DNA of 64,000 bases from positions 7,921 through 71,920 of the forward strand of contig CAKVGI010000005.1 of the NCBI GenBank assembly GCA_934747265.1. The letters run 5' to 3'. The notes under the pieces were generated by a model. That model did not search any database. It was given only the letters and a program-made list of their open reading frames with translations, and was not told the DNA's origin. The translations under genes and the position numbers were made by a program. Positions 19,567 to 29,101 of the stretch are shown one piece after another (position 1 is the stretch's first letter; the number at the start of each line of letters is the position of its first letter). This DNA is from an uncultured Rickettsiales bacterium (GTDB taxonomy: Bacteria > Pseudomonadota > Alphaproteobacteria > Rickettsiales > UBA1997).

Positions 19567-19714
19567 TAATTGGTATAAAATTATATACAATATAATTATA
19601 AAAATATGATTTTATTTTTTCAAATGATTTATGTTATATAGACAGTTTTATTTTCTTGACTTTTTTATAAATATTATTATACATGATTATATCAAGATAA
19701 TCATTTTTTGTTGT

Positions 19715-20803
19715 ATGAAAGAAATTAAAAGAATTGGTGTTTTTACATCTGGTGGAGATTGTTCTGGTTTGAATGCTATTATAAGTTCCGTTGTTAGAAC
19801 TGCTAATGGAAAGGGAATAGAAGTTTATGGAATTTATGATGGAACAGATGGTTTATTTTATCCAAATCTAAAATATACAAAGCTTGAAATGAAAGATTTA
19901 CAAAATAATTTTTCTTATATGAGAAGTGGTGGCACTTTCTTAAAAAGTAAAAATAGAGATGGCGGAATAACAAATACCGCCGAAAAAAACAAAGAAGCTT
20001 TTAAAAAAGGCGTTGATGAGTTGAAATTAGACTCTTTAATTGTTATTGGCGGTGATGGAAGCGCTATGATAGTTTCTGAACTTGTTGAAGGGACTGATAT
20101 AAATGTTATTTGTATTCCAAAAACTATTGATAATGATACACCAATTACTGAATATTCTGTTGGATTTGATACAGCTAGAAATGTTACGATGGAAGCTATG
20201 GATAAATTACAAACAACAGCATATAGCCATAATAGAACAATGATCATGGAGGTTATGGGTAGAGATGCTGGACATTTAGCTTTAAATACAGCTATTGCTG
20301 GTGAAGCTTGCGTTTGTTTAATACCTGAATTTTCTTATGATATAGATAGTGTTTGTAAAAAAATAGATCAAGTAAAAAAAGAAGGAATAGATTACGCGTT
20401 GGTTGTTGTTTCAGAAGGATGTAAAATGGAAAACGGAAAGTATGCCGTTGTTGAAAAATGCGGTGTAAATTGTTATAGTGGTTTTGCAAACTATATTTCT
20501 AATGAACTAGAAAAAAGAGGTTATTTAAATAGAACAACTATTTTAGGACATATTCAAAGAGGCGGTACGCCTACTGCTTATGATAGAATTATTGCATCTG
20601 AGTTTGGCGTTCATGCGATAGATATTTTATTACAAGGCAAGAATAAAAGAATAGTTATTTTAAAAGATGGCAAGGTTTCCGATGTTGATTTATATGAAGC
20701 AGTAAAAGTTGGAAATAGACCAGTTTTAGAAGACGATTTTTTATTGAAGACAGCAAAAGCATTAGGAATTTATGTTGGTAATGAATATATAAGAAATAAA
20801 TAA
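19715..20803 (+). CDS. pfk: 6-phosphofructokinase (PfkA superfamily; ATP or PPi dependence undetermined)
   Basis: Motifs present: IGVFTSGGDCSGLNA, IGGDGS, IPKTIDND, MGRDAGHLAL and GHIQRGG. The start is taken at ATG 19715. Confidence 0.9.
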   Translation: MKEIKRIGVFTSGGDCSGLNAIISSVVRTANGKGIEVYGIYDGTDGLFYPNLKYTKLEMKDLQNNFSYMRSGGTFLKSKNRDGGITNTAEKNKEAFKKGVDELKLDSLIVIGGDGSAMIVSELVEGTDINVICIPKTIDNDTPITEYSVGFDTARNVTMEAMDKLQTTAYSHNRTMIMEVMGRDAGHLALNTAIAGEACVCLIPEFSYDIDSVCKKIDQVKKEGIDYALVVVSEGCKMENGKYAVVEKCGVNCYSGFANYISNELEKRGYLNRTTILGHIQRGGTPTAYDRIIASEFGVHAIDILLQGKNKRIVILKDGKVSDVDLYEAVKVGNRPVLEDDFLLKTAKALGIYVGNEYIRNK

Positions 20804-20805
20804 AA

Positions 20806-21402
20806 ATGAATAATACAATTCTAAATGATTTAATTAAAATATTTTCAAAATTACCATCACTAGGTCCCCGATCCGCAAGGAGAATAGTCTTATATCTTTT
20901 GAATAATAAGGACAATGTAATGTCTCCTTTAATTAATTCAATGGATGAAGCATTTAACCAAATCAAACATTGTCCAATATGTGGCAATTTAACAACTGAG
21001 AATATATGTGAAATATGTTCTGATGAAACAAGAAATAAGGATATAATTTGCATTGTAGAAAATATTGCTGATTTATGGGCTATTGAAAATACAATGATAT
21101 ACAAAGGACAATACCATATTCTTGGCGGAACATTATCTGCAACGGAGGGTAGAGGACCTAATGAAATAAATATTGAAAGTTTGTTAGAAAAAATAAAAAA
21201 TAATAAAAATATAAAAGAAGTTATAATTGCAACAAATCCAACAATTGAAGGACAAACAACAGCCTTCTACATTGCAGATATTCTTAAAGATTTTGATCTA
21301 AAAATCACAAAACCAGCTTATGGTATTCCTTTGGGTAGTGAATTTAATTATCTAGATGAAAGCACTCTTGATATAGCTTTCAAGAATAAAAAAGAATTTT
21401 AA
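20806..21402 (+). CDS. recR: Recombination protein RecR
   Basis: It has the HhH motif LPSLGPRSARRIVLYLL, a C4 zinc finger (CPICGNLTTENICEIC) and a Toprim domain. Confidence 0.93.
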   Translation: MNNTILNDLIKIFSKLPSLGPRSARRIVLYLLNNKDNVMSPLINSMDEAFNQIKHCPICGNLTTENICEICSDETRNKDIICIVENIADLWAIENTMIYKGQYHILGGTLSATEGRGPNEINIESLLEKIKNNKNIKEVIIATNPTIEGQTTAFYIADILKDFDLKITKPAYGIPLGSEFNYLDESTLDIAFKNKKEF

Positions 21403-21408
21403 TGAATT

Positions 21409-21435
21409 AGCCCAATTTGATATTGGGCTTTTTTA
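21409..21435. terminator. Intrinsic terminator after recR, between convergent genes
   Basis: AGCCCAAT-ttgat-ATTGGGCT followed by TTTTTT. Confidence 0.75.
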
Positions 21436-21447
21436 AGGTGAACAAAT

Positions 21448-22182
21448 TTAACAACGACAACCTCTATCAGTACTATTTGTTGTTCCTTTATTTTTATTTG
21501 TTCTTTTATTTAAAATTTCGCTCGCTTTTTTTATAGCTTTATCTTTTTCTTTTTTAAGATTTTCTTTTTGGCGACTTATTTCTTTATTAATATATTCATT
21601 ATTTACCAGATAATGTGAAGTACCGCATATTGCAACTGTCATGGCAGTTTTTTGTAATGGCGGTAATTTTTTTACTATATTTTTTGCACAATAAAGGGCT
21701 CCTTCTGTCATCGCTGTTGCTTTTAACTCATTTCCAACTTCTGTTTTAAATTTTTGCCAATTAAAATCTTCTCTTTCCTTTACGGCTTTTTTTACAATAT
21801 GTGAAACGGGAGACATAGTTGCTATAAATGGAGCTTTATATTTTGCTGGAAGCAATTCAGAAATGATCCCCAAAGGTGCGTGAGTTTCAAATGAACTCTT
21901 TACTTCTTTTTTATATTTACCATATTCGGTTTTTGCTATACTTTTTGCTTTTTGAAATTGCGGTTCTACCTTTTGCTGATAAAATGCTTGTGCATTACTT
22001 GCGCATTCCCTAGATTTTTCTAATGTTGTATTCTTTATTATTGAAAGTGTTGGTCCTATATTTTGTTTACAAGGTGCTACTATACCATTTTGAATCTTTT
22101 TTGAGCCAGCAACTGCTCTTATTGCTCCTATTGTTGTTCTTGCTACTTTTTGTCCTAACATAATAACAAATCTCCTTTCCAT
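21448..22182 (-). CDS. Hypothetical protein (Lys-rich, ends ...DRGCRC)
   Basis: The only evidence is a 244-codon open frame in AT-rich DNA. I recognise no motif. An alternative start lies at 22161. Confidence 0.45.
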   Translation of the reverse strand: MERRFVIMLGQKVARTTIGAIRAVAGSKKIQNGIVAPCKQNIGPTLSIIKNTTLEKSRECASNAQAFYQQKVEPQFQKAKSIAKTEYGKYKKEVKSSFETHAPLGIISELLPAKYKAPFIATMSPVSHIVKKAVKEREDFNWQKFKTEVGNELKATAMTEGALYCAKNIVKKLPPLQKTAMTVAICGTSHYLVNNEYINKEISRQKENLKKEKDKAIKKASEILNKRTNKNKGTTNSTDRGCRC

Positions 22183-22758
22183 TTATTTTTGTTAGTAATG
22201 GAATATTTTTTATAAAAAATAATTAATTAATTTTGCAAATTCTTGGAAATTTTTCCTTAATTCACTCACAAAAATGTGGTATTATATTTCTTTTACTCCT
22301 TATGGAGCATAAAGTCAAAAAATATAGGAAAGAAAGAGTCAAAAAAGTATTTTCTGATACTGGTTTGATTTTTTGATATTTTATTACAAAGAACTTTTAT
22401 GTCTTTTGCCTTCTGTAAATCCATAAGTTTTCTTTATTATTGCCACTGATTTTATTGATAATATACATGAAGAGAAATGTCAAGATATTTTTCTAATTAT
22501 TTTTATAGTTATATAATATTTTTTTATTTACTTGTATTTTTTATTATAAATATAATTAAATCAATCTTTATGTGCAACTTTACATAGAAAATATATAAAT
22601 ATATATTTTATAATTAGGTTGAATAAATATATTTTTCAACTATTAATTGACATAAAAAAAAATATTTTTTGTACTTCCGAAAATTATTTTTCAATACATT
22701 ATAGGCTTATAAATTTTTTTAAATTTATATAGAATTTTAAAATTATTATAAATAACCT

Positions 22759-23148
22759 ATGGTTGAAATGAAAAATAAGCTTATAAGAGAACTAATGTTT
22801 GAAGAAGATTATATTAGTACGAAAAATTTTATAAGTGAGGCATCTGATAATAAAATATATAAAAGTAAGTCCATTAAGGAAAACACGGATTTTGAATATC
22901 GTTATTCTAATGATAATTTATATTTTAAATCTGAAATTGCATTATGGAAGGCAGTAATTTTGCAAGCTTTGGTGGATTTGCAAAGTAATTCAAAAAAGAA
23001 AATAGCAAACACATATAGAATAAAAGCACTAATGTGGTTTAATTTAAAAAATGAAGAATTTTTAACTGTATGTAATTACGCCGGTCTTGATCCAAAATAT
23101 GTTTATGAAAAATCAAGAATAGTAAAAGAAAATAACAAATTTTTATAG
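22759..23148 (+). CDS. Hypothetical small protein
   Basis: It is a 129-codon ORF preceded by ~575 bp of AT-rich non-coding DNA. A hairpin (23151-23173) follows it. The family is not recognised. Confidence 0.4.
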   Translation: MVEMKNKLIRELMFEEDYISTKNFISEASDNKIYKSKSIKENTDFEYRYSNDNLYFKSEIALWKAVILQALVDLQSNSKKKIANTYRIKALMWFNLKNEEFLTVCNYAGLDPKYVYEKSRIVKENNKFL

Positions 23149-23181
23149 TTTGTGAGCTTAAAATAAGCCCACAATATTATT

Positions 23182-23805
23182 TTATTTTATAAAACTAAGC
23201 ACATATTCAAAAGCTTCTTCTATATTTTTGTCTGTTGTGTCTATTAAAATGGCATCATCAGCTTTTTTAAATGGACTTGCTACTCTATTCATATCTTGTT
23301 CGTCTCTTTTTTTAACTTTTTCTAATATTTCGTCATAAGATACATCTTGTCCTTTTTCCTTCATTTCTTTATATCTTCTATTAGCTCTTTCTTCTGCGGA
23401 TGCTGTAATAAAAAATTTATATGTTGCATCAGGACAAATAACTGTTCCTATATCTCTACCATCTAATATTGCACCTTTATCTTGATTGGCAAAATTCCTT
23501 TGATAATTAAAAAGAATATCTCTTACGGATTGCATTTTTGCGACGGTTGATGCTTTGCCACCTATTTCTTCTGTAAAAATTATTGGATTATTAATATCTT
23601 CTTCATTTAGTGTTTTTGCAACTTCAACAACTGCTTGTTCACTATTAAGATCAACATTTTGTTGAATACATTTATATGCAACGCCTCTATATAAACCACC
23701 AGTATTTAAATGCGGTATTCCAAATTTTTCTGATAATAATTTTGAAATTGTACCCTTGCCAGATGCGGAAGGTCCGTCTATTGCAATTACTAATTTTTTA
23801 TCCAT
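23182..23805 (-). CDS. cmk: Cytidylate kinase
   Basis: It has the P-loop IAIDGPSASGKGT and the stretch LNTGGLYR, and the size is typical. Confidence 0.93.
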   Translation of the reverse strand: MDKKLVIAIDGPSASGKGTISKLLSEKFGIPHLNTGGLYRGVAYKCIQQNVDLNSEQAVVEVAKTLNEEDINNPIIFTEEIGGKASTVAKMQSVRDILFNYQRNFANQDKGAILDGRDIGTVICPDATYKFFITASAEERANRRYKEMKEKGQDVSYDEILEKVKKRDEQDMNRVASPFKKADDAILIDTTDKNIEEAFEYVLSFIK

Positions 23806-23944
23806 ATTAAAGTCATTATTGTTTGATTAAAAATAACAATATAAAAAATAAAATCAACGTTTTTTAATTTTAAGATATTAGTACTGATAATTTTTGGTTT
23901 ATTTTAATTGTTATAACACCAAGAAATTGATACGAAATGTTTTT

Positions 23945-24170
23945 TATTATTCTCTGTAAGGAAAAACTGATAAAGTCAATCTCTCATTGTAAAGAGAGTG
24001 GCTGATATGAAGCACATCGCCATTGCCCCCCTTGTAAGGAAAGAGCTAGTTGCAGAACACCTCCTTTCTGCCCCCCTTTGTAAGGAGCTGACGTAGTCGG
24101 TACCCCTCTCTGCCCCCCTTTGTAAGGGGGGAGTCAGTCGTAGACTGACAGGGGGGTTGAGAACATCCAT
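23945..24170. repeat. Locus A, distal array: about 5 tandem ~45-bp units carrying C-run/TTTGTAA/G-run hairpins
   Basis: The TTGTAAG-type loops start at 23954, 23987, 24032, 24078 and 24120. The terminal unit is CCCCCC-TTTGTAA-GGGGGG, followed by the perfect hairpin GTCAGTC-gta-GACTGAC (24133-24149) and a second G6 run. Confidence 0.85.
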
Positions 24171-24399
24171 TTATTTTATAATAAAACAAAATGAATAATT
24201 GAAAATTGAAAATAAAATATAAAGTCAGAGATTTATTTTAAAAATAAAATATAAAGTTAAGGAGCTTAAATTTAAGATTTAAAATTAAGAATTAAGAATT
24301 AAGAATAATATATCTATTTAAATAAAATAATTATTATTAATATACTAATACCGTATAAAACATAGTTTAAAATAATTAAAGTATTTTAAACTACCCTTG

Positions 24400-24650
24400 C
24401 CCCCCTTATCAGGGTGGGAATGGAAGGGGAACTTATCAGAGGGGTGGAGGAACATCCCCTATCAGAGGTGATGGGGTGTACCCTTATCAAGGGAAAATGA
24501 GAGGAACTTATCAGGGTGGATGAGGAAATCTTATCAGGGGGATGGAATGAAGAGACCTTATCAGGTGATATAGAGAATATCCTTTAACAAGGGGATGAAA
24601 AATATCCCTTAGCGGGGGTAGTAAGAGAGACACTCGCTCTTAGTATAGAG
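24400..24650. repeat. Locus A, proximal array: about 9 tandem 23-27-bp units with core CTTATCAG
   Basis: The cores start at 24415, 24442, 24468, 24493, 24517, 24540, 24567, 24592 and 24616. The plus strand is G-rich (GGGAATGGAAGGGGAA-CTTATCAG...). Confidence 0.85.
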
Positions 24651-25006
24651 TAAAAATGAATATAATTTATTTAATAAGCTATATTAGAAAACGCAAGGAA
24701 AGTAGAGATTATAGACGGAAACAAATTAATTGTTATCGGTATCAAATGCCTAAATATTATTAATTTTTTTATATATTATTGTTATATGCAGTATGCGTAT
24801 TTGATAATATACTAAAAAGTGTATCATAAATTTACAACTAAAAATAGAAAATTTTTTACTTATAAAAATACGGTTTGAGATATGAAAAATAATGTTAAAA
24901 TTACTTTTATTATTTATTATTTTTAAAAAAATAAAATAAAAGGTTGACTTTTAAAATATTATAGGTTGTATTAATGGTGTTATTAACAACTAGGAGTCGT
25001 ATATAT

Positions 25007-25291
25007 ATGGAACAATATGTAGATTATGATATTATACTTACCCCAAAATCATCAAAGAGGGAAAAAGTAGTTCCACAAAATAGACAAGGCGAAGTACCTT
25101 GTGTAGAATTTTCTAACAATACAAGAACAAGAAAAAATTCCGCATATAATGTTATGGGAGAGCCCAGAAAAGATAACAAAAAATCACATTATACTGAAAA
25201 ATATAAAAAGCCAGATCAAGAAAAAAGACAACATACTTCGGAAGTTGAAAGATCAAGGAGAGAGAATAGTGATTGTGTTCATGCTATGTAG
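25007..25291 (+). CDS. Hypothetical small basic protein (94 aa from ATG 25007)
   Basis: An AGGAG sequence lies 9 nt upstream of ATG 25007. The protein is Lys/Arg/Glu-rich and low-complexity. The family is not recognised. Confidence 0.35.
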   Translation: MEQYVDYDIILTPKSSKREKVVPQNRQGEVPCVEFSNNTRTRKNSAYNVMGEPRKDNKKSHYTEKYKKPDQEKRQHTSEVERSRRENSDCVHAM

Positions 25292-25383
25292 ATAGCTAAA
25301 TTTTATTTTCTTAGCAAATAAATAATAAATATTACATTTGCGATTGATAAATAAAAATCAATAAAGTTAAATTATACTTTAAA

Positions 25384-25411
25384 TGGTATTAGACATAAAA
25401 ATCTAATACCA
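25384..25411. terminator. Hairpin between the convergent small ORF and pyrH
   Basis: TGGTATTAGA-cataaaaa-TCTAATACCA. Confidence 0.6.
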
Positions 25412-25433
25412 TAAATTTTATCAAAAAATATAA

Positions 25434-26156
25434 TTATTTTAAACCTTCTCTGTTTATAATTGTATATTTTCCTTCACCTTTTATCGCTTTCAAGAACGCA
25501 TCTTGTTCTGAAATTTTAAATACAAGAATTGGCATATTATTATCCCTTGCAAGTGTTAAGGCTGTTGGATCCATAACTCTTAAATCTCGCTTGATTGCTT
25601 CATTAAATGAAATTGCATCGAATCTTGTTGCGTCTTGATATTTTTTAGGATCTTTATCATAAACGCCATCAACTTGTGTACCTTTTAATATAACATCGCA
25701 ATTCATTTCTGTTGCTCTCAAAACGGAAGCTGTATCAGTTGTAAAATAAGGGTTTCCAGTACCAGATACAAAAATATTAATATGTCCTTTCTCTAAATGG
25801 CTCAATGCTTTTCTTAATGTATAAGTTTCACATACGCCTGTCATAGCAAGCGCAGACATCATTCTCGTTTCTACTCCATATTTTTCAATACCAGCTTGTA
25901 AAGCTATACCATTCATAACAGTTGCTAGCATTCCCATATAATCAGCACTTGCTCTGTCCATTATTTCACTTGTAGATGATACGCCTCTAAAAATATTTCC
26001 ACCGCCAACAACAATGGATATTTCCGCGCCAGCTTTGTGAATACTTACAATTTCTTCGCAGGTCTTTTTTATAGCATTCATATCATGTCCAAAAGGTTTA
26101 TCCCCCATTAATGACTCGCCGGATACTTTAAATAGAACTCTTTTATATTTTAACAT
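25434..26156 (-). CDS. pyrH: UMP kinase
   Basis: YKRVLFKVSGESL, VVGGGNIFRG and GTGNPYFTTDTA are UMP kinase motifs. Confidence 0.95.
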   Translation of the reverse strand: MLKYKRVLFKVSGESLMGDKPFGHDMNAIKKTCEEIVSIHKAGAEISIVVGGGNIFRGVSSTSEIMDRASADYMGMLATVMNGIALQAGIEKYGVETRMMSALAMTGVCETYTLRKALSHLEKGHINIFVSGTGNPYFTTDTASVLRATEMNCDVILKGTQVDGVYDKDPKKYQDATRFDAISFNEAIKRDLRVMDPTALTLARDNNMPILVFKISEQDAFLKAIKGEGKYTIINREGLK

Positions 26157-26173
26157 TTTTTTCCTTTTTAATT

Positions 26174-26214
26174 AATATAAAAAATGGATACATCCTTGCT
26201 AAATGTATCCATTT
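26174..26214 (-). terminator. Canonical intrinsic terminator downstream of the R-M gene, abutting the pyrH RBS
   Basis: The minus strand reads AAATGGATACAT-ttagcaagg-ATGTATCCATTT + TTTTTATATT. It is followed at once by AAGGAAAAAA-ATG of pyrH. Confidence 0.7.
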
Positions 26215-26385
26215 ATTTATTCGTTTTAATAAAATATTTTTTATTTCTTTTCATCTAATAAAAATTTTTAATTCTACAATTAAATTATTTATAATAAGTG
26301 TATTATAAAAATATTAATTTTCAAGAAAAATATGAATTTTATAATAAAGATTTATTTATAATACTAAAAATTAAAAAATAAATCC

Positions 26386-28872
26386 TTATTTTAATAATTC
26401 ATATTTAAACAACTTATCTTGAATATATTTTTTATAATACAATTTTAATTTTTCCTTTAACGAAACAATATAACTATTCAATTCAACATAATCATAATAA
26501 ATACAGCTATTCTTTTTATTATTCCAATTTTCATTGCTTGGTAAAAGTTTGTTATTATTTATATCTAATTTATAATAAGTATTGCACTCCATATCTATTT
26601 GATACAAACCATAAGAATAATTGCTATTATAATTTTTTGTCTTTTTTAATTCCAATAAAATGTCGTTCCATATTTTAAATAATTCTTCCTCATCTTTATT
26701 TAATTTAAAATTTTTTAAATCATTATCTGCTATCGTATTTTGAGAAAAACATAATTTATTTCTATAAAATCTACCATCACTACCATTAAAAGAAATACAT
26801 TTATTTTGCCTACACAAACAAGTATAAATTAAACAAGATTTTAATAAATCTTTGTCTTTTAGGTATTCCTCACCTTTGTCAGCAGTTGTAAAATAAATAT
26901 CTCTTTCATACCAATTTTCTTGTGGATATAATTTAGCACAAAACAAAGGAAGTTTTGTAATATAATTATCAGAACGGAGGTAAAAGCCATCATCTATGTA
27001 AAATTGTTGTCTTACTAGATAGTTATTTAATGGAGCAATAGCAAAATTAATGCTTCTTAAATAACCAATGATATTCTTATTAAAAATACTTTTTTGTCCT
27101 TTTCTATCTATTTTTTTTCTTTCTAAACCATCAGTTCCACACCATACATTAGTTTCAATATCGTTATTAAATTGTCTTTTATCATATAATATAGTAAAAT
27201 TTTTATTACATTTTTTTATATAAACATTTTTTACAAATTCTAAATTTTCATTTTGATTTATATTATAAGCTTTTAATCCAAAATTTTTCTGTTCTTTATT
27301 TATATTTTGCCATATAATTAAACTTATTGAACTTGGACTAGCATGAAAATATTGTCTATTCAATAAATAACCATCAATAAAAGTTTTATTAACCAAATCT
27401 ATACTTTTGAAATATTTAACTGGGCTATATAGAATATAAAAATCATTTTCTTTTTTTAAATAATATTCAAAAGCCGACCATATGAATTGATTACTTATTT
27501 CTCTTGTTGATTTTGTATTTTTATTTCTATTTTTAAATTTGTTTTTCATTTCATTACAAACAAAATTTAATTTTCTACTGTTTCTAATTTCTTCATCAAA
27601 TCCTTTTATATTATCACTTGAACTATCTTGATAAGGTGGATTTTCCAACATAATTATATTTATATTTGGATTTTTTACATAGCTGTTTAATTCATTAATA
27701 CAATTAGAATATAGTTTTTTATTTTCTTCTGTTTGTATTGTGTCTAAATTGTATTGACCTGTTATAAAGTATTCACTTAAAGCATCACCGCCATGAACTA
27801 AATCTTCATTTTGTTTTACATTTTCAACAGGTGGAATAATCATTTTTACTTTATCGCCTATTAGACTATTTAAAACAACCCATTCTTTTAATTCGTAAGT
27901 ATTTACTATACAATGTTGGAGTTCATTGTCAAAAAGATAATCATAAATTGAAATTGAAGTTTGATAATTCTCTAATTCCTCCATGGTTATTAAATTAAAA
28001 TTCTTATTTATCATTTTAATAACCTTGTTTTTATCTTTTAAATATAATTCTATTGTTTCTTCTTCTAAATATTTGTCTAATTCTTGTATTGTAATATCTT
28101 TTACATTTTTGTCTGTAAAAAATTGTTCTAAATTTCCTGTTCCAGCACATCTATCAAGTATAATATAATCATTGTTTGCCTCTTTTATTTTTTTAATTGC
28201 CTGTCTAACAAGTTTTGTTGAAAGTTTTACATATTCTTTTGGCGTGTAAAATGCTCCTAATTCTTTTTTGTGTTGATTATCATTTAAACAATCCATTATA
28301 TATTTAAAGTCTTCTTCCTGTCCTTGCCAAGGGTAAATTGGTAGGGTTTTAGGATCTCTTAATTCATTAAAAAAATCAATTTTCTTTTTTGTTGGGTTTT
28401 CACTGTAAAATCTGTTTGCGTAGCCAATAACACAATATAAATCAATGTTGATTTTTATAAATTCATTACTCTCTAAAATCTCTGCAATTTTTTTTAAATT
28501 TTGGCTATATTCTATAATTTCTGGTTTTATATCTGTATAATATGAATTATTATTTATGCTAGCACTACCAACATATTGTTTTTCAATATCTTTTAAAAAA
28601 TCGTTTGACTTATATAAATAAGCTTTTTCATCATTTAATGATACTAATAAAATTTGAGAAGGAATATTTTTTCCATTATTTCTTTTTTTAGATAAATATT
28701 TAATTGCTTGTAGTAAAACTGAATTTATATTATCTATTCTTAGTTTGAACTCTAAAATAGTTCCTCCAATAATTCCATCTGTAAAATCGTCATATAGTGG
28801 AATTGAACCATTTATTTTATTTAATAAATTATAAAATTCTATTTGACCTTCTTTTTCGTTGTTGAAAGGCAT
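26386..28872 (-). CDS. Type IIG/IIL (MmeI-like) restriction-modification enzyme: N-terminal D-X8-ExK nuclease + gamma-class N6-adenine methyltransferase + C-terminal specificity region
   Basis: The N-terminus FTDGIIGGTILEFKLRIDNINSVLLQAIKYL...ILLVSLNDEKAYLY resembles the MmeI-family nuclease domain. The MTase motifs are X/I (GAFYTPKEY...ILDRCAGTGNLEQF) and IV (IMLENPPYQD). Confidence 0.75.
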   Translation of the reverse strand: MPFNNEKEGQIEFYNLLNKINGSIPLYDDFTDGIIGGTILEFKLRIDNINSVLLQAIKYLSKKRNNGKNIPSQILLVSLNDEKAYLYKSNDFLKDIEKQYVGSASINNNSYYTDIKPEIIEYSQNLKKIAEILESNEFIKINIDLYCVIGYANRFYSENPTKKKIDFFNELRDPKTLPIYPWQGQEEDFKYIMDCLNDNQHKKELGAFYTPKEYVKLSTKLVRQAIKKIKEANNDYIILDRCAGTGNLEQFFTDKNVKDITIQELDKYLEEETIELYLKDKNKVIKMINKNFNLITMEELENYQTSISIYDYLFDNELQHCIVNTYELKEWVVLNSLIGDKVKMIIPPVENVKQNEDLVHGGDALSEYFITGQYNLDTIQTEENKKLYSNCINELNSYVKNPNINIIMLENPPYQDSSSDNIKGFDEEIRNSRKLNFVCNEMKNKFKNRNKNTKSTREISNQFIWSAFEYYLKKENDFYILYSPVKYFKSIDLVNKTFIDGYLLNRQYFHASPSSISLIIWQNINKEQKNFGLKAYNINQNENLEFVKNVYIKKCNKNFTILYDKRQFNNDIETNVWCGTDGLERKKIDRKGQKSIFNKNIIGYLRSINFAIAPLNNYLVRQQFYIDDGFYLRSDNYITKLPLFCAKLYPQENWYERDIYFTTADKGEEYLKDKDLLKSCLIYTCLCRQNKCISFNGSDGRFYRNKLCFSQNTIADNDLKNFKLNKDEEELFKIWNDILLELKKTKNYNSNYSYGLYQIDMECNTYYKLDINNNKLLPSNENWNNKKNSCIYYDYVELNSYIVSLKEKLKLYYKKYIQDKLFKYELLK

Positions 28873-29054
28873 TAACTATGAAGTATTATTTAATTTAATT
28901 AATATAATTTTATTTTTTTCGTATTCTATACTATAAATTTTAAATTTATGATGACTTGTGTTAGTAAATATTATGAAGTATTGATATTATTTAATTAAAA
29001 TATTACATATATACTATTTATTTGTAATTTTTATAAATAAATAAAAAATAATAG

Positions 29055-29087
29055 CAATTTATAGTATTTTAAATTAACTATAAATTG
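29055..29087. promoter_or_regulatory. Perfect 11-bp inverted repeat (candidate operator) 15 nt upstream of the XRE gene
   Basis: CAATTTATAGT-11 nt-ACTATAAATTG. In addition, the direct repeat TATGAAGTATT..TATTATTTAATT occurs at 28877 and 28972 in the same divergent intergenic region. Confidence 0.45.
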
Positions 29088-29101
29088 TTAACTTCATTTA
29101 T

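Noticed and set aside
23976-24170. Tracked 64-aa ORF on the minus strand (MDVLNPPVSLRLTPPLQRGAERG...)
   Set aside because: It lies entirely inside the hairpin repeat array. Its sequence merely translates the repeat units (PPLQRGAER recurring). It has no RBS or recognisable family, and the much longer homologous array in locus B has no equivalent ORF.
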